This document shows, piece after piece, positions 18,035 to 31,881 of a stretch of DNA of 64,000 nt (positions within the stretch are counted from its first letter, which is position 1; every line of letters begins with the position of its first letter). This DNA is from the human T2T-CHM13v2.0 reference genome, Homo sapiens. The DNA lies in the NCBI RefSeq assembly GCF_009914755.1, contig NC_060927.1. One strand, given 5' to 3'. The notes beneath the pieces were generated by a model that worked only from the letters and a program-made list of their open reading frames with translations, was not told the DNA's origin and did not search any database. The position numbers and the translations under genes are program-made.

Positions 18035-18474
18035 ACATTGTTGACACTCCATTTCTTACACTCTCAGCCCACATCTCAGTTCACCTGCATTGTCTACTGA
18101 CAGTTTCTAGGCAGGGATTGCTTCCCATCTCCAGTGACTGCACCTCTGTTTCTCTGCTGAAAGCTTTCTCCAGCAGTTAATGCCCTCAGGTCTGCTCTCA
18201 AAAAATGAAGGGTAGGAATCTAAGGATAAATACCATGGACTTCAGGTTCCACAATGGGATAATTATGAGGCATACTCCACATGAGGGACCATAGCAGGAT
18301 TCAGCCTAGTGATCTACAACATTCACCTGCTCATTTACATGATATCTCTAGGCTTTCCTTCTTCCTGGTTTCATGTTCCCTCACCTGTGCTTCCTGGATT
18401 TATCTCTCAAATTAACTAAACATACCTAAATCCCTACCACAGGGTTAGCTTCCAGTGGAACCCAAGCTAAGACA
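18035..18474 (+). mobile_element. LTR16-type (ERVL) solo LTR
   Basis: Ends cacctgtgcttcctgga...agggttagcttccagtggaacccaagctaagaca, a typical LTR16 3' end. Confidence 0.7.
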
Positions 18475-19371
18475 GTCAAAATGTAAAAAATTTCTCTTGT
18501 AAACACATATCCTACTGTTAATGTGGCTATAATACAATGATTTATCAGATTCTTTGCTTGTTCAAAGATAGTAATTTGTAAGTCAGTTTGTTAGCTGAAG
18601 AACTGTGCTAACTTCAGTTTTTCCTTTTGAGACATAATTGTCATAATTTAAAAAATTTTTTTTTACCATAAAGATTTCAGTAAATCATTTGAAGGATATA
18701 ATAAGATTTCATATAAGCTTGAAATCATTATTTTTTTTGGCTATCTTTCATTATCATTTTGTTTTATATATGTTTTTGACAAGCAGATAATCTGGATCCA
18801 TTTAAACATATTTACACAATGGCTATTGTGGTGTCCACCACTAAGTCCTGTGAATCATGGAAAAATTATTCTAATACCTACTCCAAAGGAGTCATCAGTT
18901 TATAAACAGGCACAAGGATACAAACATCACACTGTAGTTTAAAATTAGAATTATTTACAAATTCCAAAGATGTTAAAGGATGATTTCATGTTGAATTTTG
19001 AAGGATTGATGTAATTTATCAGGACGACGTGGAGAAGGATAATTAAGGTAACAATGCAAAATGTTTAATCCATAAAACTTCTTTAAAACAATCTTAAACT
19101 TCAAAGTATTTCTTTTCTGCTTTTTAAATATCTCATGTTTGTTTACAGGGTAAATTCTTTCTAGTATTTTTATCTTCTAAATTATATTGTTATTTTTGAG
19201 GTTTTGGTACCACATTATTTTTTTCTAAGTTTATTCATATTTTAACATTTTTGTGAAATTTAAATTTTATTATAGTAAGCTTTTATTTTCTGTCTTCTCT
19301 CGTTTTCCCAATTTAAGTTGCTATAATTGGAAAATTTATTAAAACTATTTTCTATTCTATTCCATCAACAC

Positions 19372-19744
19372 TGTATTAGTCAGTTTTCACACTGCCACAA
19401 AGAATACTACCAAGACTGGGTAATTTATAAAGGAAAGAGGTTGACTCACAGTTCCACATGGCTGCGGAGGCCTCAGGAAACTTACAATCATGGTAGAAGG
19501 AAAAGTAGGCACCTCTTACATGGCTGCAGGCAAGAGGGAGAATGCATGTATAAGAGGAACTGTCAAACACTTATAAAACCATCAGATCTCATGAGAACTC
19601 GCTCATTATCATGTGAATAGCATGGGGGAAACCACCCCCATCATCCAATCACCTCTGACCAGGTTTTGCCCTTGATACATGGAGATTATGGGGATTACAA
19701 TTCAAGATGAGATTTAGGTGGAGACATAGAGCCAAACCATATTA
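19372..19744 (-). mobile_element. THE1 (THE1D-like) MaLR solo LTR
   Basis: tgtattagtcagttttcacactg...gagccaaaccatatta; 5-bp TSD aacac at 19367-19371 and 19745-19749. Confidence 0.93.
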
Positions 19745-21439
19745 AACACATAAAATGTTTTTCCCTGGATAGATTGCTAGGGCACCCTACTCCCTGGGTT
19801 CTCAGATCAGCAGAAAGGTAGTTACAACAAAATATACCCTCATATCAATCAGTCAAGTTGAGTTTTCTTGGCCTGGAAGTAAGAATATTGTGAAGGATAA
19901 AATTATAGAATCACTACAATAAAATTAGATTGTATTCATGATTTCTACATGATTAAGTTTGTCTTTCTATGAAGGGAATAACCAAGGCATTTAGATATTT
20001 TCTTAAAAAGAAATCAGATAAATGTGGGGAACAACATCCAGGTTTTAGATTCATTAAAAAGTATTGTGTGACCATGACTACAAATAACTCCTCTGAATCT
20101 CAGTTTTCTAATTAAAAAAAAAATTTTTTTTAAATAGACCCGATTACTTTGCAGTTCTTAATATCAAAAGTCTCATCAAGCAGTTATTGTCAATACCCTA
20201 TACTTGTAGTCTGGTGGTGATAGCCTGAATTCATCTCAAAACTAGCTCAAAGGAAAAGCAGAGAATGAATATAAAATTTAGAATTCTATAAAACCTGAAG
20301 GGTTCTAAAGACAATCACAATATTTTAAGCTGTAGGAAGTATGCACTTTGACTAAAACAAATATTAAAGTTAATGAAACAATGTCAGTATTCACACTATG
20401 GTAAAACTCAATGATGTTACAATGGCTGAGAAAATGAAGGACATGTCACATTATCATAATATTCATTTCGATGTTAAATTTTCAGTTTAAGTTTTTAAAT
20501 CAGGTCAGAGACAATTTATGCACACCCATGTTTATCTATGCTGTCAGTCATCACCTCTCCATTTTAATGTGTGGCATCCAGCATTTAATCGAGTTTCTAA
20601 AAGGGACTAATTAATCATGAAATATGTTTTAGCCAGGATTTCAGGCTTAAACTCATTTATGCCATATCTACTTGAAAGCAAAAGATTACACCTGACTGGA
20701 AAATGAACCATGCTATTATCTCACTAGAGAATTAGGCAGTAAGTGTCACTCTCTTGAAACAGCATGGATTCCTTTAAACACAAATTCATAATTAAGTCCT
20801 GCTTTGCATGGACACTGTGAAAGATACTCTAGTGCTTCTTTCTTCAAAAAAATTACCCAACTTTAAAGTTTATGATTAAAAATATTTTATTTAGGAAGAT
20901 TATATTTTTATTAAAGTACATGGTACTGATATAATAGGATTTAAAAAAATAAATTCTGAATTATTCATAGAATTTAGCCCCTTCTTTCCCATTAGATGAT
21001 CTAGCTGTATTTACCTTGCAAATGTGTATGAGAAGGGGAGAGGATGGGGAGTTTTCCTTGTTCCTTTGCATTAGCTGTGGAGTACAGATATAAATCTGAA
21101 GGTGATGGAATTTATTAGCTCATTAGCTTAGGGATTACATGGAAAATGTTAAATTTCAAGACTCAGTCCTCATTCTCTTCTTTGCTCATTTATCAAAAAG
21201 AAGAGAAGGGGAATTTTAGGTATTCAAAGTTTTAAATTAAATTTTTTTTCTTTGTTGTGATCTATTTGAAAATTAGTGATTTTTAAGTTAGTAATTCATA
21301 TCCAGTGAAGTAAACTTAAAAAATACCAAAATGAAAAAAGTAGAGAAAAGAAAAATTAAAAATTATATGCCCAGCAGCCAGAAATAGCTATTATTATCAT
21401 GTTGAATGCCTTATCACTAATTTCCATGATTTACCCTGG

Positions 21440-21900
21440 AAATTTGTTTGTTCATTTATTATAAACATATAATATTGAACATTATTCTGAACTATAACAT
21501 ATAACATTTATTTGTTCATTTAACATGAACATATGAGCAGATGGTATTATTCTGTTGGCGATATTTTGTAGTCTGTTATTATTTACCATCAATATATGCC
21601 AACTCCTTAGGACATTTTCTTAAGATGATATTGATGGCTGGAAGATGTTCCATAAAAGGGATATTTAAAATTTTACTTAAGATTTCTACCATAATTTTAT
21701 ATATTTAGAAATTTTTTTATTCTCTACTTTAAAAATTGACATAAACTACATCCTTCTGCATTCAACTTTAAAATTTATGATAAAACCTTTAGGTTGATAT
21801 TTATATGTAATATGACTGGGTCAAATAACATAAACATATTTGATGATTTTGATATGTATTTCCATTTATTTTTAGAACATATTTTGTCTCACCTTTGACA
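21440..21900 (-). mobile_element. Highly decayed L1ME-type 3' fragment
   Basis: gatggctggaagatgttccata...tatgactgggtcaaataacataaacatatt resembles a reverse old L1 3' region. Confidence 0.45.
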
Positions 21901-22044
21901 CCCTATTTTATGCTTTTAATTTGTAGGAGACATCTATGTTGTAAGTTATGTAGCACCACACCTTCTTCTAAGAACTTCAGTCTTTCTTGCCTCTCAATAA
22001 AATGACTATCCAAGGACCAGTTATCTTCTCAAGAATTAACCTGC

Positions 22045-22484
22045 TTTTATTCCTGTAGCTTTGTAATATATTTTGGAATCAGGAAATGTGTTGCTTCCAA
22101 CTTGGTCTTCTTTCTCAAGTTTGGCTTGGATGTCTGTGGTCTTTTACACCATGTGAAATATATAATTGTTTTTTCTATATATTTCTGTAAAAGTACCTTT
22201 AGGATTTTGACAGATTGCTTCAATCTATAGATCACTTTATAGTAAGTCTCCTAATTCATAAAGACAGGATGTTTCTTCATTTGCTTGTGCCTTCTTTAAT
22301 TTCTTGTAAAAACATTTTGTAGTTTTCAATATACAAGTCTTTCTTCTCCCTACTTAAGTTTATTCCTAAGTATTTTATTCTTTTTGTTGCTATGATAAAT
22401 GGGTTTGTTTTCTAATTTTGTTCACTGTTTTCCTATTTTTTATTATTGTTAGCACATAGAAATGCAACTTGTTTTTTATGTTGA
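22045..22484 (-). mobile_element. Inverted ORF2 portion of an L1MA-type element
   Basis: Reverse ORF2 sequence (ORF 22047..22235 ...KKTKLEATHFLIPKYITKLQ). Confidence 0.85.
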
Positions 22485-22955
22485 AATCGAGATCTCAAGG
22501 AGATATTAGAAATCTCATTTTCATTACAGAACTATTCACAATATCCAACATGTAGAAACAACCTTAATGTCCATCAACAGAAAAGCATATAAATAAAATG
22601 TGGTATGTATGTACATAAAAAGGTAGAAAATTCTGAAATATATGACAACACAGAACATTACGCTAAATGAAACAAGCCAGTCACACAAAGACAAACACTG
22701 CATGATTCCAGGTATAGGAGGTCTCTAAAATAGTAAGATTCATAGAATCACAGTGGAGTGGTGGTTGCCAGGGGCTGGGGGAATGAGGAGTTACTAATCA
22801 ATGAGCATAAAGTCTCAGTTAATCACGAAGAGTAAGTTCTAGAAATCTGCTATACAACGTTGTACCTATAGTCAACAATATCATATTATACATTTAAAAA
22901 TTGTTAAGAAGGTAGATCTCAGGTTGTGTTCTTCCCACAATATATTTTTTAAAAA
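22485..22955 (+). mobile_element. L1MA9/10-like 3' end (non-inverted portion)
   Basis: gatctcaaggagatatt...ctattcacaatatccaac...ggtagatctcaggttgtgttctt. Confidence 0.85.
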
Positions 22956-23454
22956 GTGAACTAACCTAGATTGGATCAATGAGCTCTTAGCTACATTATA
23001 CTCCCCAATGCGTCTCTTGGAGTTGGCTCAGAAAGAAAGGGGATAATTGAAATTATTTTTTTAGGCAGACTCTGGAGAACATTAAAAGGCTGATCAAAGG
23101 AGTCACTCTACTGCCAGCAAAATAAATCACATGTGAGTTCAACAGAAATCCACTGTTTAAAAATATACTGTACTCATTTACATTATGTCAGTCCAAAGAA
23201 AGAAAATTACAGAATGCAAGAAGAAAAATTGAAAAAGATTAAAATGTTAGTAAATTTACATGAATAATGAAACATTAATAACTAAGTTTGTGGAGGTTGG
23301 AACAACACAAAATTAAAATATAAAACAATACTAGAGTTAAATCACTCAGTGTATACTTTCTTGGAGTAGTCTAGTGATATTGATTAAATTTGGAGATTGT
23401 TAAGTGAACATGTTTAAATTTATTATAACCATTAAAAATGATAGGAATGTACTT

Positions 23455-23770
23455 AGTGCTTGCTTCTGCTAGAAATGTCCTTTCCCCAGATCCTCACATG
23501 ACTTATTCTCTCTAACATACCTTGAACTATTCCCTGACAATCTAACTTTAAATAATCAATCATTTACAAATATCTTTATTTTCATAGAACTTACCAACAC
23601 CTGAAATTATAACACATATTCAGTAGTTTTTTTCTGTTTGTCTCCTTTGGGAATATTAGCTCCAGGAGAGGGATTTTGCACTGTATTCTCAGTGCTTACA
23701 ATGCTGCAGGACAAATAACAAATGCTCAGTACAAGCTTGCTGATTGAATCAAAGAATGAATGCATGGATA
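23455..23770 (+). mobile_element. L2 3' end
   Basis: tttccccagatcctcacatgact...cactgtattctcagtgctta...atgctcagtacaagcttgctgattgaatcaaagaatgaatg. Confidence 0.75.
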
Positions 23771-24992
23771 CATCAAAAGTCTTTTTTCCTAATGCTGATA
23801 TTTGGTCATTCATCTCTGGTTTCTTAGGTATTTTCTTTTGTTCACATTTGTAATTTATAATACAGAATCAATCCTGCAGTGTTAATTTCATTGAAGCCTT
23901 TTTCCTTGAGTTTGCAATATCAACATCTATTTTCCTTGACTTTTATTATAAGTTCTGTCAGTTGACTACTGTAAACCTAATTTTTTTGTTTGACCATATC
24001 CAGTATCACAAAATCAATTCTCCCCTTTTTCATTTTATTGAGTGCTTGAGATATTTTGGCCTAATATATTTTTCTTCTATTTCCTGGAATAAATATTGTA
24101 AATAATTTTTTTCACAAATATGTTGAATAATGCAATATTTTAACTTGGATTTTCATAGAACCAATGATGTTTTGTGGGCTGATGTTTTGTGGATCTCTTT
24201 TTCCTTTCTTAATGTAATATACAGTAATGTTATATATTAAAAATAAATTATAAATGCAGGTGCCAAATATTTATTCTTTGATTATATTTATTTCTAGTGT
24301 TGCATAATTATGCCTGAAATTGTTGTTTGATATGGAAAGAAACACACTACTATTAACTGTAAGAACAGGCCATATTTATTGATATTAACATACTTATTTA
24401 TACTCAGAAAACACTGAAAGCCACTGTAATTTTATATTATTTAAAAATGTCAGTTATTAAGAAAAAATTAATAAAGCTATACAATTTGAGAGGTAGATAT
24501 GATTATTGACAAGTTTTATACTGAATTTTGATGATTTTACTTTAAAAATCATTGAATAATTTCTTCTAAATAGTTTTAGAAGGTTAACTTGATCATTTTA
24601 ACTTAATGAAAACAATCTATCACAATAGACGGTTTTTCTCACTCTTCTGTAACTTTGGAATGCTCGTACTATGTCTGAAAGTTTTGAATTTCATAAATAT
24701 ACCCCAGGTCAGAATCCAGAATTTTATAAATAATTTTCTCTGCTTTTTTTCAGTCAGGATGCTAGCATATTATGTTGGCTGCACCCAGCTGTGATGTATC
24801 CATGCACAGCACACATGAGGAAAAGGGCTGGCATTAAACTCTTTTTATCAGTGAAGGTGAAGGCATCTGACTTTCAGGAGATACTGTGTCTACGAAGCCA
24901 GTTTCTCAATGCATTGGTGTAATTAGTGAACATTAAATTATTTTTCTGTTGATGAGGAAAAAGTGATAACAAAAATTTCCTAAGGCTGTTTC

Positions 24993-25270
24993 TTTTTTTT
25001 TTTTTTTTGAGACAGAGTCTCACTCTACAGCATGCTCTTGACTCAGTGCAACCTCCACCTCCTGAGTTCAAGTGATACTCCTGCCTTAGCCTCCCAAGTA
25101 GCTGAAATTACAGGTGCATACCACCATGCACAGCTAATTTTTGTATTTTTAGTAGAAATGGGGCTTCACCATGTTGGCCTGTATGGTCTTGAACTCCTGG
25201 CCTGAAGTGATCTGCCTGCCTTGGCCTCCCAAAGTGCTGGGATTACAGGCATTAGCCACCACGCCCAGCC
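24993..25270 (-). mobile_element. Alu (AluS-like) with a short deletion in the right arm
   Basis: Reverse Alu lacking gtcgcccaggctggagtgcagt after gtctcactct; degenerate 16-bp TSD. Confidence 0.93.
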
Positions 25271-25765
25271 TCCTAACACCATTTCTGCTGAGGATTTTAG
25301 ACATTGATTGTCTCTAGAACTTTAACCTGGAACTTGGTTCTCTTATCTTTATAATTCTCTGAGATACCCATTATTTCTTCAGCAGAAACCTAAAATCTAA
25401 TGTTCCTCTCCTCTTAAATGCTTCTCTATTTGGAGATATTTTATTCTCTCAATTATGTTTGACTAGCACCTAATTATATTTATGATTACTTCATAAATAC
25501 TGGCAGGGATATATAATCCTCATTGCTTAATTTCTTCTGGTAGTACTTCAGAGTGGCCTAAAATTGAATATATAGTAAATTTATTCCTAAAGAAAAATGA
25601 GCAGAGGAGATAAATATGAACATAATGATTGGAAAAATATTCTCAGGAGTAGCATTTATAAATGGGTAATCAGAGACAAAATTGAAAGGGAAGTTCTCAC
25701 AATCATTTTTAGAGTCATATTCTTCTGTTTGTTTTTTTTCCTTCTCAGTAAATATGACATATATT

Positions 25766-25768
<3 letters not shown>

Positions 25769-25798
<30 letters not shown>

Positions 25799-25819
25799 AT
25801 GGATGTATGTGTGTGTGTG
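25769..25819. repeat. Imperfect (TG)n microsatellite
   Basis: Visible TG run. Confidence 0.9.
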
Positions 25820-27524
25820 CATTTTCTTTGTATCCCACTTGTACACTGGGTGTTATTCTGGGTATACTGCACTCATCTCAATGTTTCTTATGTGAATTAA
25901 AACAAAGACCTTTCTTCAGAGCCTTTAATTGTTGACACTCCGATAATCTCAATTGAATAACTCATTTCAGGTACCAGGTATTTCCAGACATTATAAATTT
26001 TGATATAAAACAGTTTATGGGGACAAAAAGCTGAGAGATTCTGTCAAGGCTAGTTGTGTTCTGGCTCTCACTCTGGAGATTCCAGGAGTATCAAAGCTAG
26101 TTCTGAACAACTGTGAACCATAGTAATTGCTTTGCAAAATAGGATAAAGCCATTTAATTCAGATGTGCAACCCACAGAACTTTACTTCTCTTGAAATATT
26201 GGGAGATGACAGTGAGACTGTGGAAGACTTGAGAAAAACCCAGGAATAATATCAACAAGACCAAGGTGAACACAAACAAACAAACATGAGAATTTTCAGT
26301 AAAATTTAAAAAGTTATAACTAGATCAAAAAGGGATTTAAATTGAATTTTAACATCATAAAATCTAAACCAAATTTAGATTGTATTTTAAAAATTGTAGT
26401 CTTTTAATTAAACAAAGTCATATTAACAAAGAGAAGTATGTCATATTTGTACTTCTCTGTAAAATAAGTATTTTCATCCAAATCGGGTACAGTGAGATTA
26501 AGCCCCGTAGATTAAGTCCTTGGAAGATCTTCTCTGACTTCTAGCAGTAACAATTCACTTACGATGACAGGATACTAAGATTAATGACAGCAGCAGAAAA
26601 GGTGTGATCGCCCATTAAAAATTTTTTAAATTTTTTGACTACAACAAACTTTCCCTTTGCTTTTCATACTTTTCTATAATTTTCATCTTGTTTTGCTTAT
26701 TTAATAATCACACAGCTACAAGGTTGGTATATAGTAGTAACACCTAATCTTTTAAGAATATTTTCATATATAATGTTCCATCAACTATCATAATCTACTT
26801 AATTCTTTTACTTGTAGTCAATATTTCAGTTATTATTACCTTGAAAATGATGATGAACTCCAGAATATGTTTAACATTTTTAGTATCATTGCCTCCTGTT
26901 GGATTCTAAAAGTTAAATAAATCCTTCTACTAATAAGAAATATACATTTTTAAAATCATATATTGTTAGAGTCCCAGAGAGTAATGGTGCACTAACCATG
27001 AAGCCAATTTGGTATTCAGTAATAACATAGATGTCTTCCTTATAAAAATTTTTTATCAATCAGGTTACTCTTAATACCTCAGATCATATATTGACTATTC
27101 TGATCTTTATACAATTATTACCTGTCCCCAAAATGTCCCCCAGTTCAAACATATGGGTTCATTATTGACACCAAAAACAAAACAAAACAAAAACTCAAGT
27201 GATATTTGTAGAATAGTCTTTTTTTTTTTAACCAATCTTTAATTCTCACAAAGGACCAGAGGAGTTTTAGAGTCGTATTCATTTTTAGAACATATAATTT
27301 ATGGTCAATGAGACTAAAAGAATTGTCCAAAATAACATTCCTGGCGAATGTCAAAGCTGGGATTTTTGCCCAGCTAATTGTGAAGACTTAGCTTTACTTT
27401 CTCTCCATTATAACATGGTGACTATGTACTCCTTAAAGTCCAGATTCTTGATCAACATTATAGATGGATACTCCTTGTACCTCTCTTTTGTCAATATAAT
27501 AATTTTCGTGCACTGTTATGTGTA

Positions 27525-27765
27525 GGCTTGACTGTGATTCTGACACTTAACTCAGGGTTCAAAATTTAGCTACATAACTTAATAGCTGTGTGACAACTGG
27601 CAAGTCATTCTAATCATACAACTGGATAATTTATTTATCTAAAAATTGAGATGATACTAGTATATTTACCTCACAGAGATGTTATGAGAACTAAACCATT
27701 AGTATATGCAAAGTGTTTGAAAAAATTCCAGATATGTAAGTGCTTACTCTGATAATTATCTTTTT
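27525..27765 (+). mobile_element. MIR SINE
   Basis: gggttcaaaat...tagctgtgtgacaactggcaagtca...tacctcacagagatgttatgaga...atgcaaagtgttt. Confidence 0.75.
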
Positions 27766-28732
27766 TTATTACTTTCATCTTTTCAGTTTCAATATGTCAG
27801 ACATCCTTTCTCAGCTTCAAATTCTTCTGAGCGACTCTGCTGCCCGTAGAACAAACAAAATCACTATCTTCATTTTTTTTAAACAGGGAATACAAGTTGA
27901 CAAACTTAGAAATAATTTAAACTTTCTGAAAGCTGCAAAGCTGAAAGCAGTCCCTAGACATTTCCTCCTAGTCTTGAAAATAGTATCAGTTTCTCCTCTT
28001 TTTAGGACTGAGAGTTGATCAAATGGATAGCCAGCCTGGGGAAAATTAGGCCTCGACCCCTAAAAACATCAGTAATATCAGGAAAAGTTTAGAGGGTAGA
28101 GCATCTGAGACTTTGTTCCCTAAATGTGCCCCCCCAACTGCTCTTAAAAATATTAGCTTTTACTGAATATTTGATTTTTCAGTTTTTTCTTTTCAAGGGT
28201 TTTATATTAGAAATCTGAAATTTAAAACTTGAAATCTAAAACCAAATAATAAAAACAAAAGAATTCCAAATAGCAAGTAATAGCAGGCATGTTTTGGAGA
28301 AATAAGCTCTAATGTAAGCTATCAGAATTCATACCAATTAATATCCATAAAAACAAGTTCATATTAAATAAAAAGGTCAAGCAGTATATGAATGGGTGTT
28401 CAAATAGTGGAGGTGAGAAGAGAAGGAGGAGAAAAAGAAAGGGATGTGAGAAAACCTCCTTAAATTAAAAACAATTTTAAATTTTACAAAATACGATTCA
28501 CCTCTCTGTAACTTCTATGAGAGGCTCCATTTCATAAATAAATTTTCAGCAGAACTGTCTCACAAAATTTAATACTACAGTGTGAATTTCTTACTATTCT
28601 CTTGCTATGAGGCACACTGCAACTTCAAGATCCAAATCTAGGTCTCAATCCTTTTGGAACTAACATTTTTTAAACAAAATATACTATACAACACATTCTG
28701 TACTAATTCAAGGATAACATAATCTACTAATA

Positions 28733-29051
28733 AAGTACCCACCTGTGTATCCACAGGGGATATATTCCAATAATCCCCCCAGTGAATGTTTAAAACCACA
28801 GACAGTACCAAACAATGTGTGTACTGTTTTATCCTATACACAGATACTTATGATAAAGTTTAATTTATAAATTAGGCACAGTAAGAAATTAACAACAATA
28901 GCTAATAATAAAATAAAATAAATTATAAAAATATGCTCTAATAAAAGTTATGTGAATGTGATCTCTCTCTCTTCCTCTCTAGAAATACTGTAATATTCTC
29001 AGACTGTGGTTGACTGTGGAAAGCAAAATGTTGGGTAAGGTTGGACCACTG
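28733..29051 (-). mobile_element. MER44A-like (Tigger7 derivative) MITE
   Basis: tatccacaggggatatattccaa...atgataaagtttaatttataaattaggcacagtaaga...gtaaggttggaccactg, flanked by TA. Confidence 0.85.
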
Positions 29052-31434
29052 TACAGATGTTTAAATGTATATCTTATATATAGGTATATGCATATAATGC
29101 TTTATAGATAAAGAAAAACAAAGAAGAAAATTAATTTCTGTAAAATTATATATATCTCGCCATGTAACTGCTGAAGCACATTAGAAGTGAAAACATAATG
29201 ACAGACTCATAATCTACGTGTGGAATCACCTTAAAAGTACAAAATCAAAATGCAGATTTATACAGTTATATGATATTGGTGAATCATAAGTACATCTACT
29301 ATTATTGTATTATTTTGAAAATGTGAAAAACTCTCGAGAAAAATCTAAACACGAAAATTGCACACTTTCCCTGGGTTTTACCTAAATATTGTTGCTTTCT
29401 ATTTTTAGTAAATCATATAAAATTTACAAAATGAAATTAGTTCTATTTCCAAATTCCTATGACATGATGGACCATGGGTAGACAATGAGACTGTCTCATA
29501 AATTGTAGAGAATCTAGCATTGATAAAAGGTCAAGAAAATCACACCAGTTCCTGTGGCAAACAATCTTCATTCCTCACCCAAAATAGGAAGGAGCTGAAT
29601 CCAGGGGGCTGAGCAGCAATTGTCTATTGGCCCCACTTTCACAAGAAGTCACAGGATAAGATCCACTGTCTTGGAATTCCAGCCAGCTCCTGACAATAGT
29701 GTTGCACCTACTTGTGATGGAATTGAGTTCCCAGGGGGAGGGACAGGCCACCATCTTTGCTGTTTTCAGCTTGCAGGCTTAGGAAAGTCCAAACTTCCTT
29801 GGAGCAGAAGGGATCCCCCAGCACAGCACAGCCGCTCTACAAAAACATAGCCAGACTGCTTCTTTAAGCAGAACTCTAATCCACTCCTTATCTCTGGGGG
29901 GACCTCCCAACTGGGACCTCCAGCCACCCCCACACATATTCTTCACTGACAGAGTTTTGATATTTCCCTGGGACAGAATTCCCAGGGGAAGTTGAGGGCT
30001 GCCATCTTTGCTTTTTGGTTGACCCAGATATTCCAGACTGTGTGTTTTTGAGAGTCCAAGCTGACTAGGGCAGAAGTGGTACCCCAACATGGCACAGCTG
30101 CTCTACGAAAACATGGCCAGACTACTTCCTTAAGTGTGTCCCTGATCTGTTCTCTGTACTGGTTGGAACTTCCCAACTGGGTCCTTCAGCCAATTCCACC
30201 AATGTTCTTTGGCTGACAGAGGTTTTAAAACTTCTGGGACAGAGTTGCTAGAGAGAGGGATGGACCACCGTGTTTGCTGGTTTGGCAGTTTAGCCATTCC
30301 AGCCTTCAGGCTTTGAAGAAAGCCTGGGGGTGGAAATGGTACCCCAGCACAGCACAGCTGCTCTACAAAAGCAGAGCTAGACTAGTTCTTTAAATGGGTC
30401 CCCAGTTCTGTTTCTCCTGGCTGGGTGAGACTTCCCATCTGGGGTCTCCAGTCACCGCCTAAAGGTGAGTTCAGGCTGGCGACAGGTCAATATCCCCCTA
30501 GAATGAAGCTCCCAGAGGAAGGGGCAGGCTGCCATCTTTACTGTTTCATAGCCTTCACTGGTGATACCTCCAGGTACTGGAAAATCCAAGGCAACTAGGG
30601 ACTGGAGTGTACACCCAGCAAACCACAGCAACCCTACACACAAGTGGCCAGACTGTTAAAAGAAAAAAAAAAAAGCCAAAAACCCCATTCAAAAGTCAGC
30701 AACCTTGAGGGTAGAAGGTAGATAAGCCCACAAAGATGATAAAGAATCAGTGCAAGAAGGCTGAAAATTCAAAAAGCCAGAATCCCCGTTCTCCTCTGAA
30801 TGATGACATACCTCTCCAGCAAGGGTTTGAAATGAGGCTGAGGCTGATATGGCTGAAATAACAGAAATATACCTCAAAATGTGTACAAATAATGACTTCA
30901 TTGAGATAAAGGAGCATGTTCTAACTACATGCAAGGAAGCTAAAAATCACAATAAAACATTGCAGGAGCTTAAAAACAAAATAGCCAGGATAAAGAAGAA
31001 CATAATCAACCTGATAAAGCTGAAAAACACAATACAAAAATTTAATAATGCAATTGCAAGTATTAATAACAGAATAGATCAAGTGGAGAAAATAACTTCA
31101 GAGCTGGAAGACTATCTTTCTGAAATTAGGCAGATGAGAATAGAGAAAAAAAGAATAAAAATGAATGAACAAAACCTGAAAGAAATGTGGAATTATGTGA
31201 AGAGACCAAATCTATGACTGATTGGTGTACCTGAAAGAGATGGGGAGAATCGAACCAACCTGGAAAACATATTTCAGGATATCATCCATGAGAACTTACC
31301 CAACCAAGCTAGAGAGGACAACATTCAACTTCAAGAAATGCAGAAAACCCCAGTAAGATACTCCACAAGAAGATTATCCCCAAGAAACACAATCAGCAGA
31401 TTCTCCAAGGTTAAAATGAAAGATAAAAAATGTT

Positions 31435-31740
31435 GGCAGGGTCTGGTGGCTTACGCCTGTAATCCCAGCACTTTGGGAGGCCAAGGCCGAGGCAGGTAGA
31501 TTACCTGAGTTCAAGAGTTTGAGACCAGTCTGGCCAATATGGTGAAACTCCATCTCTGCTAAAGATATAAAAATTGGCCAAGCGTAGTAGTGGGCGCCTG
31601 TAATCCCAGCTACTTGGGAGGCTGAGGCAGGACAATCACTTGAACTGGCAGAGGTTGCAGTGAGCCAGGATTATGCCACTACACTTCAGCCTGGGCGACA
31701 GAGTGACATTTCATCTCAAAATAAATAAATAAATAAATAA
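31435..31740 (+). mobile_element. Alu (AluS-like) in L1 ORF1
   Basis: Two-arm Alu with (AAAT)n tail; the L1 sequence resumes after it. Confidence 0.95.
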
Positions 31741-31881
31741 TGGTAAGGGTAATGAGAGAGAAAGGCCAGGTTACCTACAAAGGGAATCCCAACAGAGTAA
31801 CAGCAAACATCGAAATGGAAACCCTATAAGCCAGAAGAGATAGACCACCAATGTGTAATGTTCTTAAAGAAAAGCAATTTC

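Noticed and set aside
26556-26640. Possible minus-strand exon ending at gtaagtg
   Set aside because: Good donor but a poor acceptor and no other support.
29720-30655. Regularly spaced repeats as a CRISPR-like array
   Set aside because: Whole ~260-bp units are homologous (diverged tandem monomers of an L1 5' UTR); no unique spacers, and the context is eukaryotic.
30849-31217. 122-aa coiled-coil ORF
   Set aside because: Fragment of a disrupted L1 ORF1p, with stops on both sides and Alu insertions downstream; not a host gene.
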